Source: Leptogorgia sarmentosa | Taxonomy: Eukaryota | NCBI GenBank assembly: GCA_964658305.1 | Contig: OZ210884.1 | Coordinates: 6,696,001-6,760,000 of the forward strand | Length of the DNA stretch: 64,000 nt | Direction: 5' to 3' | In this document: positions 11,322-23,237 of the stretch, one piece after another | How the letters are laid out: each line of letters begins with the position of its first letter | Numbering within the stretch: position 1 is the first letter of the stretch | Program-made: the position numbers and the translations under genes | The notes under the pieces: generated by a model | Database searches by the model: none | What the model saw: the letters and a program-made list of their open reading frames with translations, nothing else | What the model was told of the DNA's origin: nothing

Positions 11322-14300
11322 CTAGTACCGGTCCCTTCTTGACTGCCGCCATTGCGTATTTTGCCTTCGATGCTCGTTTGTTCTGTCGTAAGCAGGGAAT
11401 CCACTTGATTGAAAATCGCACAGTTGTTGCTGATGTTGTGGTTGCGGGTGTAAGGGAAAGCGAGAAAACGCTGGGTCAGGTTGGGTACCAACCCAAGGTT
11501 GGCAGGGAAGACTCGTGTCGACAGGGTAGTTTGGCACCGGGATTCGGTAATTGTATCCAGCGAAAAGGAAGGGTGGTGGCGAGTGCTGGACGTCAACTGG
11601 AAACGGAGCCATAGCTGGAGGCCGCTGATAGAATACTTGACCTACAAACGATGGTGCCCCAGTTTGACCTCCCAATGATACATTGCGTTCAAGAGCTGTA
11701 GCACCACGGGCGTCATGCATCGGTATTTCTGGTCGTTTTGTTGTCACACTAACGTTGGGGGGAATCTGGTTGGCACTTCCCGAAGAGCTGGTAGTTCCAG
11801 GTTGAAATGGTTTAGCAGAGAGAAATTTCGACATATCAATACTTGGTTTCTGTGGACCATAGGGTGAGGCACGATCACTTTGGGGCTGTGCTTGTTTATC
11901 ACCTGAATTTTCAGTTTCTGGTTCTTGCTCAGTGTTTGACGTTGGTACATTTGAAGGAGCGGGTGGTACTTCCCCATCCACAGCTCTGGTCTGCTGAAGG
12001 TTGAATTAAAAGTTGAAATGCTAATCACTTGTATTGACAGTTATTTAGTATCAGCCAATCACAGAACACTAAAATTTCACTGTCGGTCAGTTCGGTCAAA
12101 AAGGCGCTGGTATGTGAGAATTTATACACTTTTCAATTTTATCCAACTTTGTTTAAAGAAGGAAATCAAACTGATACTAAGGTCACAGTGATTAAGGACC
12201 ATGCATGCATTCTACTATTTGTAAGGCAGTAGTGGACTTACTACTGGGCACCACCATATCACAGGAACCATACATACCTGTGACTTTTCTTCGACGTTGG
12301 GGCCATCTGAACTTTGTGACTTTGCACTCGTATCTTGACTTTCTACATTCTGGGTGACATTACGGGGACTAGAGGTGCTGTGTGGTCTGTCATCATTTCC
12401 CTGCAAATAAAAATTACATCGTTACTGTTAGCTAAATCATCAGCACTAACAACATTGAATTATTCACCGGTGTTGGTTATTGCTGAAAAGAAACTTTATG
12501 CGGAAACCAGCCTCAACAGAAGAGAACTAGTGGGAATTCGAACAGAAAATATGGCAATGCGCGAGTTTGGGTTGAACAGATAAGTGATATTTCAAACGCA
12601 GTAAGTGGAACTCTCGACTTCTTTTATCATTATGCACTTACGTGGTTCTGAACGGGAGTTTTTGCACGATCTAATACTTCTTCGATGTTTTTGCTGCATT
12701 CGATCAGTTTCGTGAACTCATATTTGCCTGCAAGACGTTGAGCTTTCTTGATGCAGCTGAGAGCATCACGAAAATAGCTATTGCTCTTGTCAGGATAGAG
12801 TTGCGAGTGTCGATACTTAAACATCGATAATACCAGAACGAGCTGAATATCGCAATATACACTCGGTGGATGGTCTTTGTAACCGGATTTATATATAGCC
12901 TTTATATGGGTCTTCGCTTCCTTCAAGCTTGAAACGTCGATACTGTCATGGATTTGCTGTCCCATTCCATTTACATTGAAGCCAAGATGATATGAAGCTG
13001 AAGTTATATTATCCTCTCGCTTCTTATCGGCGGCCACGTCATCGGAGGAGACGCATTCAAAATGTTCCAGCGGTATCACGTTTCTCTGAATTAAGGACGA
13101 AAAAACGATCAGACACGAGTAGTCCTATTTGAAAGACAATGGAATGGACTACGGCTGGCAAAATTATATCGCATGAACCATACTGCCCATACATACCTGT
13201 GAATCACCTTCGGCGTTCGAGTCATCAGAATTTTCTGCCATTGCATTCCTGAGCTGAGATGTAGTCCTGCCACATGGTATGCCATCAGTTTCCTAAAAAT
13301 AAAAATATCAGTATCAATTGTCATTCCGGAAAAGAAACTTGACGTGAGAACGAGAAATCATTTGAAATCCAGAACTTCTAACCTCCGATATTTTTCGTCA
13401 TTACTTACGTGGTACTGAGTGGGAGTTCTTGCACGATCTAATTCTTCTTTAGACAAAGTTTTGTTGTTCTTGCTCCATTTTGCCATTTCCGTGAACCCAT
13501 ATCTGTTTGCAAGACTTTCAGCTTTTTCGGCGTAGCAGAAGGCATCGCGTAAATCGCACATCCTCTTGTCAGGATAGAGTTGCGAGCGTCGATATTTGTA
13601 TAACGACAATACCAAATTAAGCTGAATATCGAAGTATACAGTTTGTGGGTATTCTTCAAAAGCAGATTTATATATGGCTTTTAAATGGGTCTTCGCTTCC
13701 TTTAAACTTGCCTTGTCGATACTTGGCTTTAACATCTTTCCTCGTATATTGCAGCTAAGGTCACATGTGGTTAAAATTATATTTGCTTTTCGTTTCATAT
13801 CTGCCACGAATTCGGGAGCGGAATCTACGACATTCTTTAAATGCTCCAGTGCTTTTACCGTGAGAACAACGGATGACGGCTCTAAATGTATAAGGTCGCT
13901 TACAGTCGCGGCGAAAATGTATACAATTGCTGTTACCAGACCTGGTTCAATCTTTTCTGCCATTGCCAAAGCCTTTGTCAAAAGCTCTTTGAGCGTTTCA
14001 AAATCTTCACTTGCACGTTTCAAAGCTGCTTCTAAGTACAATCCAAGCACTTCGAAAATGAAACTATCTTGTACTGTCACAGAGACAGCCTTGTACTCTT
14101 TGAGAAATTGGAACGCTTTTTGGAATTTACCTCTACGATTATATGCAGTGATTTCTCTAAATAAAATCACTAATTTCATTGTTTTACGCAAATTTTTACA
14201 ATGCGTCACATACGACTCATTCTGAAGACTGTCGCATTCTTTTCGGACGCTTTCCCAATTACCGTTGCTGATTCTTTTCCTAAATGGTTCACCTCTAACA

Positions 14301-15331
14301 GTGAAAGCCTTCCGGGTTGCTTCTGAGCTCCAAGTGATTTGTTCTTCACGTTGTAACCAAGGCTGCGAATGCGATATTCTTTCCTTCCACGTGTCAAACG
14401 ACATCTTCTTAACTTCCCCCTCCACCATTTCATAACATTCTGGTTTCTCAGTGAACACACCACCCAGACAAGCAGCGATATAAATCACGATCACAAAGGT
14501 CGATGGGACAGGTTTGGAGTTTTCATCTACCACTGGCTGAAAGAATATTTCCCATTGGTCTCCTCGTTTTGGCTGACCAATCTCAGGCCAGATCATCTTG
14601 TTGATGGCTTTCTCAACCTTATTTACTATTTTGTTTTCGTCCCCAGAACTAGGAATCTTTTCTCCTTCCACAAATCTACCGTCTGTGATGCCATAGTAGA
14701 TGTGACCCCCGTTGTAATTGGCAAACGCTGAAACGTAGCAACTGAATTTATTGCCTTTACCAGTCATTCGATCTCCTAGTGTGGTACGTTTTGACGCTTC
14801 TGCTTTTAGATTCTTAAATTGACACGTTGTGCTTTCATGAAAACCACACGTTTTATCTTTAAAAAACTTTTGACAATGTGTACCAAGCAGAACTGGCTTT
14901 AGAGCGACTTTTCTGTTGATAACATCCTTAATCTTTTTATGCGGCTTTAAAGGAGACTCTTCTACTACTTGTGTTTGGCTTGGTAAATAAAGGTTATAAT
15001 TAGTTGTTACTAGGAAATCAGATTTTTTGACTGAAATGGTTATGCATTCTCCATCTTCTTCAAAATATAACTTTGAAATGGTTTGGTCTATTCCAACGAT
15101 GGACAACATAGATTGATCCAATTTTCTAACCAATTCTGATATTTCGGTGAAAGAATCTTTAACGTTGTTATCAGTCTCAAAACGTACCACAACTTTTCCA
15201 CCATTGCTATTTAGTTTTGCACAGACAGCAGTTAATATTTCTTGCAAAATGTGTTCCTTGTGCTTTTTGTCTTCTTCATATTGACGTAACAGGATGACAT
15301 AAGCAGTCTCATTAGAATGACTGGCCATCAT
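11322..15331 (-). CDS. Schlafen (AlbA_2) core-domain protein with helical/TPR-like modules and a Pro/Gln/Ser-rich tail, ~1084 aa
   Basis: Predicted coding exons 15331-13409, 13292-13197, 13085-12642, 12400-12278, 11990(or 11993)-11322; all introns are phase 0 with gtaagt/gtatgt donors. Schlafen hallmarks: AVCAKLNSNGG, ESTTCQFK, YVSAFANYNGGHIYYGITD, GGVFTEKPECY. A 5'-UTR acceptor lies at ~15345. Confidence 0.8.
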
Positions 15332-16799
15332 TTAAATATGAACGCTATAAAAAGAGGAAACTTATTTAAATATTCCGCTAATATTTTGACACCGTTGTGA
15401 GAGGAATGACTGAGACAGTTTTTGCTATGTATATCTGCATCTCATCCGAAAGCTTGCATCCACAGTCTACGTAGTGAAAATACTGGACAATGGACATACT
15501 GAAATACTACTTAATTATTTTCGTGCTACGAGTTACAGTGATGTGCTTGATCAACGGTCAACGTAAGCCGGTGTATAACTACAGGATGTGCATGTGCAGG
15601 CTAGACAAACTCCGACTAAGTTGATTTTGCACGTGTTCGGTTAAAAGTATATGCAATTTAGTTTGCATATGTTAACCGCATGACCTGCTAATGCATGGGA
15701 GCCATCTTTGTTGACACAAATTTATTTCAGCTATTACAGTCAGCGAATAAACTCGCGGCTGCAACCGTGCTAAACACACTATGGACGTTTTAAGAAAGTG
15801 TCCGTGTCTTATGCATGTTCTGTACATGTTGTGCACGTGTTTTTAAATGTCAACCAAGATGGCGGCCAATTGGAAACCACGTAATTCTATACATATAAAT
15901 TATAAAGTTGATCACTAACACTAAGTGTTTCCCTATGTATAAGTATTGAGTGAACATTTCATTTCGCGTGCGCTACGTTATAGGGTGCCAACACTATCAG
16001 CATACAATGTACTGCTGCATGGTCTACTGATTTATCTTATACTGGCCCGAGTTGTGTCATTTACCTGTAGTTTGAACGGTTGTATATTGCAGAATTTTTA
16101 AAGCATTTCTATTCAGCTTCTAAATAATTGAGCATAAATTTCAAAACCTAAATGTATATTTCCAAGTTTTGGCGTTGTTTTCTTCAGGCAGGAGGAAAGT
16201 TTAAATAGGTCATTATTCATAGATATTTTTGACAATTTTTTACTTATCCACCGTTTTAAAGCTACTGAAACGCTTTTGTACAGCTGGCTGCTGATTTATC
16301 TAATTCGTTAAAACACAAAAGAACAGTTACTCTAAAACTGAACATTTCTGAAGCTTATAGACTTTATTAATCATTTTGTACTTTATTTTAAAACTCAATA
16401 GTTTCCGGCCCGAAGGTCATTAAACAGGTTTGACAAGTGACTGCAACGTCAGTGCGTCATGTCATGTGAGAAAAGACGTATAGGTAATACAAAGGTCAAG
16501 TGTGTGTGTTGGTATCGGATATGTGAATGTCTGTATCATGGTTGGCCATTGGCTGATATTGTCATAATCGAAACCACCATAGTTTCAGATTACAATGTAT
16601 ATGTACGTTCAAGGTCGAATTTTTATAGTGCCACTGATATTTGCCCAGGCAAGTTAGCAAGTGTGCGATGACAACTATCTTCCATCGGACTACACTGACT
16701 CAAGAGGACTATAAGTTGAAGGCAAACAATGAAGTACATATAAATATCCAGTAAGTGAAACTAAAACATTTCGTATGTCGCCAGAGAACATGTTCTCTA

Positions 16800-17385
16800 C
16801 AGGGTGTCTCAAAAAAAAGGTAATCGAACTTTGGCATGCCATTGTGCGTTAATTACTGGGTGTACGAACGTGATTTTTGCATGGTCATAAAGATCAAGGT
16901 CTTAGCAGTTGAATGACATATTTCTTGTACGATATGGAAGAAAATCAGGCAAATGCGAGCGTGTTGAAAAATCTCGGTGAAAAACGCATTCTTTCACCTC
17001 TGAGAATTGCAGCTAAACTTATTCAAAATTAACTCCCTCTGGGACTCGAAGATGACGACCTTCCCTTCAACAATCGACCTGATTATGCATAATTATTAAT
17101 AATGCTGATAAAATCTTTGTTACCATGACACATTCGTGATGAATTGCATTTTTCTTTTGTTATGCACTGCTTTAATTAGGCACAGAGGTGAAAGAATGCG
17201 TTTTTCACCGAGATTTTTCAACACGCTCGCATTTGCCTGATTTTCTTCCATATCGTACAAGAAATATGTCATTCAACTGCTAAGACCTTGATCTTTATGA
17301 CCATGCAAAAATCACGTTCGTACACCCAGTAATTAACGCACAATGGCATGCCAAAGTTCGATTACCTTTTTTTTGAGACACCCTG
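16800..17385. mobile_element. Tc1/mariner-type MITE with 203-bp perfect inverted arms
   Basis: TA|CAGGGTGTCTC...GAGACACCCTG|TA; arms 16800-17002 and 17183-17385. Confidence 0.9.
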
Positions 17386-17959
17386 TATAAGGCAATGCTA
17401 GAGAACATTACATTTCCATTGAAATTCTAAATTAAATTTATTTTCACAGCGTCAAAAATTTTCACGGCCTACGACATCAATTTACCAATTTTGAGAATTT
17501 ATCAATTGCCTAAACGTTGACGTCATTAACCCCTCTCATCCACCCGTCCTATGTGGGAAAGCACTGAAATAGTCAAGCCTGGTCTGGGCCGTGTTTTATG
17601 TGATGTGCTTTCGTAGTTAATTTCTCCTATACTCCGAAGGTTTTCCTTCTGTTTTTTTGCATCAATGGTTCTTTAATTCTCTCCCTCAAAATTATCATTG
17701 CGCATTTATTTATTCATTCATTTATTTTTTTATCTACTTTATATTTATCAATCATTAATCAATTTATTTTTTCATTAATCTAAATTAAAACTTCATTAGA
17801 TATTCTATGAAACTTGGCAATTAATAGCTGATATCACTGATTTTTCAAATAATGACACTCTCTGTAATTAAAAATTAAAAATCCACAAACAAAATGATTT
17901 ACAATAAGATAAGTGTATAAAAAGCACAAAGATTCATGCTTTACTAACAAATGTTTGTT

Positions 17960-18202
17960 TATATATAAAGTTTTTAGTTTACACCACGTAATTTTATGAT
18001 CGCAATAATAAAATATTATAATACTTTTATTGAAAATAATAAAATATTATAATAATTTTATTAAAAATAATAAAATATTATAATAATTTAATATAAAAAA
18101 TAATTATAATATTTTATTATTGCGATAATAAAAATACGTGGTGTAAACTAGCTACAAACTTTATAAATATTATCTTCACCATGTAAACATACAAACAATT
18201 AA
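17960..18202. mobile_element. Palindromic AT-rich MITE-like repeat, second copy
   Basis: agtttacaccacgtaattttat...aaatacgtggtgtaaact, with internal aataataaaatattat repeats. Confidence 0.6.
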
Positions 18203-19399
18203 AATGTTTGTTTCTTTTTGAAGGTCAATTATTTTTACTCATGATAAACTGGTCAGAGGATTACTACAAGTGTGTGACTACTGATTGACCTGTCGCTAAA
18301 AATGAACTGTGCCAGCATGACTACAATCAGAAGTACAGCTTACTGAAAGACATAAAAGAAAGCTTCAACATTTGTTAGACATTAGTAGCATAGATTTGCA
18401 CTATGCAATAGCTTAGGAACCAGCAACAAAAATTGGATATTGAATTAACTCAAGTTAATTGACTAGTATTTCTTACCCATGGGTAGATATACCCTCAAGC
18501 CCGCTTCATTAGGGTTACAAGTTTGGGTTATGAATTTGAAACTTTCTATAATTTAGCATTTCATCTGCTTAAATAATATGAACACTGAGTTTTGATAGTT
18601 GTTTCCTGTGGGGGTCATAAATATATACATAATTCGTCGCCTAATTATGTCAAATTTGAAGTTTATTATATGAAATTTAGAATGTTTAAATACCCGACAA
18701 TCTTTAGTTTTTACTAGAAAAGCAGATTATTTTGCCTAAATAAGTGAGATGCGTTTGACTGTTTGCTTTGAATATAAGATGCCTTGTGCATGTACGAGGT
18801 TGATTTAAAGCAAACATCGACGGACTCATGCACTGAGGTATTAATCTAAAATTGCGACATTTTCTAGCGAATTGCATCGAAGATTAAACTCACTATTTAA
18901 ACTACAAATCTCGCGATAAGATAATTCGACGTTTAGGGAAATCTTTCACCTATTTGATCCTTCATTATAATTTATAAACATACTTACACACGCTTTATTT
19001 CTTACGCAATACGCAATAAACAAACAATAGAAGGGCATTTTGTCAGTGAACTGAATTTAAATAATTTACCAAATAAGAATCCTCAGACGAACTCACCCTA
19101 TATCTCTGAAAGAAGTGCAAGTATCGAGCCAAAATTCAAACAAAATGACGACATCTCTTTGTTGACAAAAGCCGTATATAGTATACATTACAATCATCTT
19201 GTGATCTAGCATAAATTTGCGTTTATTTAACTAAAAATTTTTTAAAGTATAAATTATATCCAAAGTCAAGCTTGGCTAAACACTATTGAACCGTTATCAA
19301 CGAGACTAAATAGTTTTTGTTTAACAAACGATTACAATAGCGTTATTTTTTATTCATGAAACTGTTATTAAATGTTATCAATCTTTTTTTAAATTCAAA

Positions 19400-19497
19400 A
19401 TGGCCGCTCGGTTTGCTGAAGTTATACAGGGAAATTGAGAAAGCATCCCCAAGAAAACCAAACAAGCCACAAAATATGGTTTAAGAATCCTTCAAGG
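19400..19497 (+). pseudogene. Decayed first-exon fragment resembling Crypton-type (tyrosine recombinase / DUF3504) transposon proteins
   Basis: MAARFAEVIQGN*ESIPKKTKQATKYGLRILQ followed by a gtaa donor. This resembles the MASRFA...PKNTKKAT.(F/Y)G start I recall for these elements; recall only. Confidence 0.4.
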
Positions 19498-20741
19498 TAA
19501 ATATTTTATTTAGTGTTATTTTTATCCAACAAAACTTTTTTTTTGGGGGGGGGGGGGAGGGCGAAGCGAACGCCGAAGGTGCGAGACCACCTAGGGGGGG
19601 GGGGGGGTCCGGGTTCTATTCTACCCCGGGAAAATTTTGAAATCTGGAGTCCTTCAATGGCGATTTCCCGTGTTTTGGGGGTGAGATTTTGCATAATTCT
19701 GGAGATTATTTGCTCCAGGAAAGAGTAGTGATTTTTAATGATTTCTCAAACATGTTACTTGCTACTATTCAAAAGTTTTAACCAATATTAACCACCGTAG
19801 ACATTATTTTCTGTAGTTAGATTTAGGGAAGACTAGAACTTTTATAGACAATTTGGTGAACAGATGAGATTGGTAGTCACATGGGTAGTCATCGTCCCCT
19901 CCCCTAATTTCTACCCGAATTTCATCCTTTTGCAAACGGCAGAGAAGTGACTTTAATGCTACTGCCAGTGCCGTAATGCCTACTGCAGTTAAATCAGCAA
20001 TAAATAAGGGGAATTGAGCTTCACCTCAACTTAAAAACAAATACGTCACTTATGAATTTGAGCACACTGCATTATTTTTTTTTTCATAACAATTTATTGA
20101 AAACCGTTTTCACTCAATTGCTAACAGTTTGTATTAATTCTTCCAGCCCATTTTATACGATATTTCAAATCCATCCTCAGAGATGCGATATATTTGTCTA
20201 CAAAATGCACTAAATGGGCTGGCACACATAAAAAATTATATAATTTATATACTGTATATTAAATACAGTCCTCAATAACTATTATACCGCTTACAATTAC
20301 AATATAAATACATAAATAGACGAATTATGTAATGTAAGCAGGTACTCGTTAAATACAATATTTTTCTAATCCTGTAAGTTGAAATTACTTTTGCACTTGC
20401 AACTTTTGTCACGATTTCTGGGCGCATCCGGCCTGGAACTAGTCACCGCATACAATGAACTTATATTTGTTTTTTTCCTCTGTAAACTTGTTGAAACATT
20501 ATAATCGTATGGGGTTCAGCAAATAAAATTTTAAGTCTGCCACGGAATTCTATTTAGTACTAGTGCCAGTACTTTCCCGTGTTTTTAGATCACCTCAAAT
20601 AATTACTGGGATTATTCATGAAGAATAATTAATGACAACAAACTAAAAATCGCAGCAAAAAGTGCAGTGTATACAAGCCTTGTTAAAGCCTTTTTTAAAT
20701 ACAAACTAACATTTATGTCAGGAACCACAAAAGGAGCAAAA

Positions 20742-23109
20742 TTAGTCCTTCTTATACTCTTTCAAGCATCCCTTCTTGCAGGTTTCGGGATGCAGATTAA
20801 GAACAACATCGTTAATGTTATGTTTACATGTGGACATGGCAATTCCAAGTTGAGCCAGATAGTATGTCGTCATTATTACACCATTGCGGTAGATGATTGG
20901 CGCATAAAATTTATCCAGTGCAATAAGCGTGTCAGAAATGGCGAATAAAAGCGCGCCACCGCATGCGCACATGTTATTCCACTTCCACAACTTGTCGATC
21001 TGTAGACGAGTAATTGCGCGCCAGCACATGACCATGATGAGAAGGGAATAAATTGCGACCGAGATGAGCATGATGCCTTTGAGTCTTGGATAACACATCC
21101 AAAAGCACAGTAAACCGTAGACTGAACACACAAAGCAGGTCTTGAAACAAAATGGACGCATTCCAAAAGCTTTGACGTAGATAATTTGGGCTATCGCGAA
21201 CGCCAGCATAGAATGAATGAAAAGGCGTGGCTTCCAGACCATCAGAGCATCGCCCAAACACGAAAACATCATGCCTAACAGCACATGGCGGTTGTAACGA
21301 TGTTCTGAACGTAGGCTTATTCCTTGCATTCCAATGAAGAAGCAGAGACAGATAATTGGAAGACATTTTAAAGAGGCATTTATGATATTGGACGGGCTGT
21401 TTAGACCTGCGACAAAGTACACACAAGCTGTCTTGGCAAAAGGGACGAGCTTAGGACCAATGCTCTTTAACTAAAAAAAGTTAAAAAGAAATTGTTAACA
21501 ATTTTGATAACCATGCAGATTAAGTGAAATCAAATATCATTTGAAGGCAGTTGTCATTATATGAACAAAAAAAAACTTGATATTAAGATTCAAGGAGCCT
21601 CACAAAACACGTAACGTTTTGGTATTTGAGCAATGTGGTAAAATATACACTAGTTAACTAGTTAATTTTCTTTATGAAGTATTTGGTGTTGAAAAGTAAT
21701 ATTTACATAAATACATAAATGCAAGATGCTTTAAAACTTTTAATTTTTTGATTAACAGATTTCAAAAAGCAGTATCCAAAGCACAGATCATATTTAATAA
21801 CAATGAACGGCAGAGAAGTGAGAGAGAGTTTTGCTACTGCCACATATTTCTTACTAACTTCTAAGCTAAATGAAGCTAAACCATACATCACATGACAGCC
21901 ACAAATTGTGAAAGGCTATCTGGAAATGCATGCACCTCAAGTCAATATTATTACTATCGTCCAAATATCAGACAATTTCACTTTTCAAGACTTGATCAAC
22001 ATATACACTAGTCCAGGTACTTCACTGTGCAGAACGCACTGTCGGTCAACAATCTTTTAACATACACTAGTACATGCAAAAGTATTTATTGATTTGATCA
22101 AGGAGTCTGACTCACTTGACATCACCTGCAACACCAACAAAGCATAGGTGAACAGAGTTCAAACAGTGCTGATTTAATTAGGGTTCTTTCAGGCCTAGTA
22201 ATTAGCTGGCTTCAATCCCAAGAGAAATAAATTTGGACTTTTAATAGGTTGTGTGGGCGTTTGCTTATCTCTCAACGCAGTTTTTTTGGCTAATTATATT
22301 GCTTAAAAATTCATTTTTTCCAAAGCACGTCATAGGTAGCCCAACGCACGCATGACATTAGTATACATACGTGCGTTGGGCTACCTATGGTCACGTCGCA
22401 GTACTAGTATAAAACTCAAAGTCAACAAACTCAATAAACCAGAAATGTAAAATCTCTCAATTCAAATACCAAATTCAGTTTTTTTTCCAGTTATATCAAT
22501 TTTACATTGATATTAAACATTTTATAGGAATATCCAAAAGAATGTAATTTGTTAATTGCAAAATTGTATTTAAGGGCTCTTATATTTTGATAGGTAAATT
22601 CATATTGAAAAAAATGTCAAATTTATGTCGAAATAGTAAAATAAGCATTACCTAAGATAACAAAACAAAACGTAAGATTACACAATATGCAAAAATTCAA
22701 CGTTGTTTTGTCATTCAGATAAATTGCGTCATATAAAACCCAAGAAAATCAGACCCCAAATCCCAATATCCACATTAAAAATGGCCACTTTTTACAACGT
22801 ATTTAATATTTTTTTGTGAAAAATGTCGAAAATCACAATTTGTACTCAGAATCAATGTATAATAAGATACATTAAAACTAGTCTTCTTAATAACAAAAGC
22901 ATCAGACTTTAAATACGTATAAAATACTGTACATAGATAACATTTTGTCCTGATTTAATAAATTATATACTTACAACGTCAATGGGATTGACTAAAATTC
23001 TCAAGAATCTTTGCTCTGTAAGAGGCAAATGTGAATCATCCTCTTCCAGAATGTACTGTAGCGATGTTTCTCCATCAACATCAGTCTCTGTTGATTTTTG
23101 TTTTGCCAT
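20742..23109 (-). CDS. TMEM86A: Lysoplasmalogenase-like protein TMEM86A (YhhN family), 287 aa
   Basis: Exons 23109-22975 and 21470-20742 (phase 0). NPIDV|LKSIGPKLVPFAKTACVYFV, KCLPI, SCLGDAL, FAISDTLIALDKF and MTTYYLAQLGIA match the family. Confidence 0.9.
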
Positions 23110-23222
23110 AAAACCTTCAAAATATCGAATATATTTGAAACGTGGTTTGGATCACCGCACATATATACGTGTTGTTATGAAATATGAAAACAATAATACG
23201 TTTCAGAGATAATTATTCTCAA

Positions 23223-23237
23223 CGGAAGTGACGTCAT
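23223..23237. promoter_or_regulatory. Composite ETS-CRE promoter motif upstream of TMEM86A
   Basis: cggaagtgacgtca ~115 bp upstream of the ATG, with a GC-box-like acgcccc nearby. Confidence 0.45.

Noticed and set aside
13358..13408. Stop at 13358 as the true end of the Schlafen gene
   Set aside because: A strong in-frame gtaagt donor at 13408 and four phase-compatible downstream exons favour splicing; retained only as a possible isoform.
22331..22389. Strong hairpin in the TMEM86A intron as a pre-miRNA
   Set aside because: Indistinguishable from a MITE remnant without small-RNA data.
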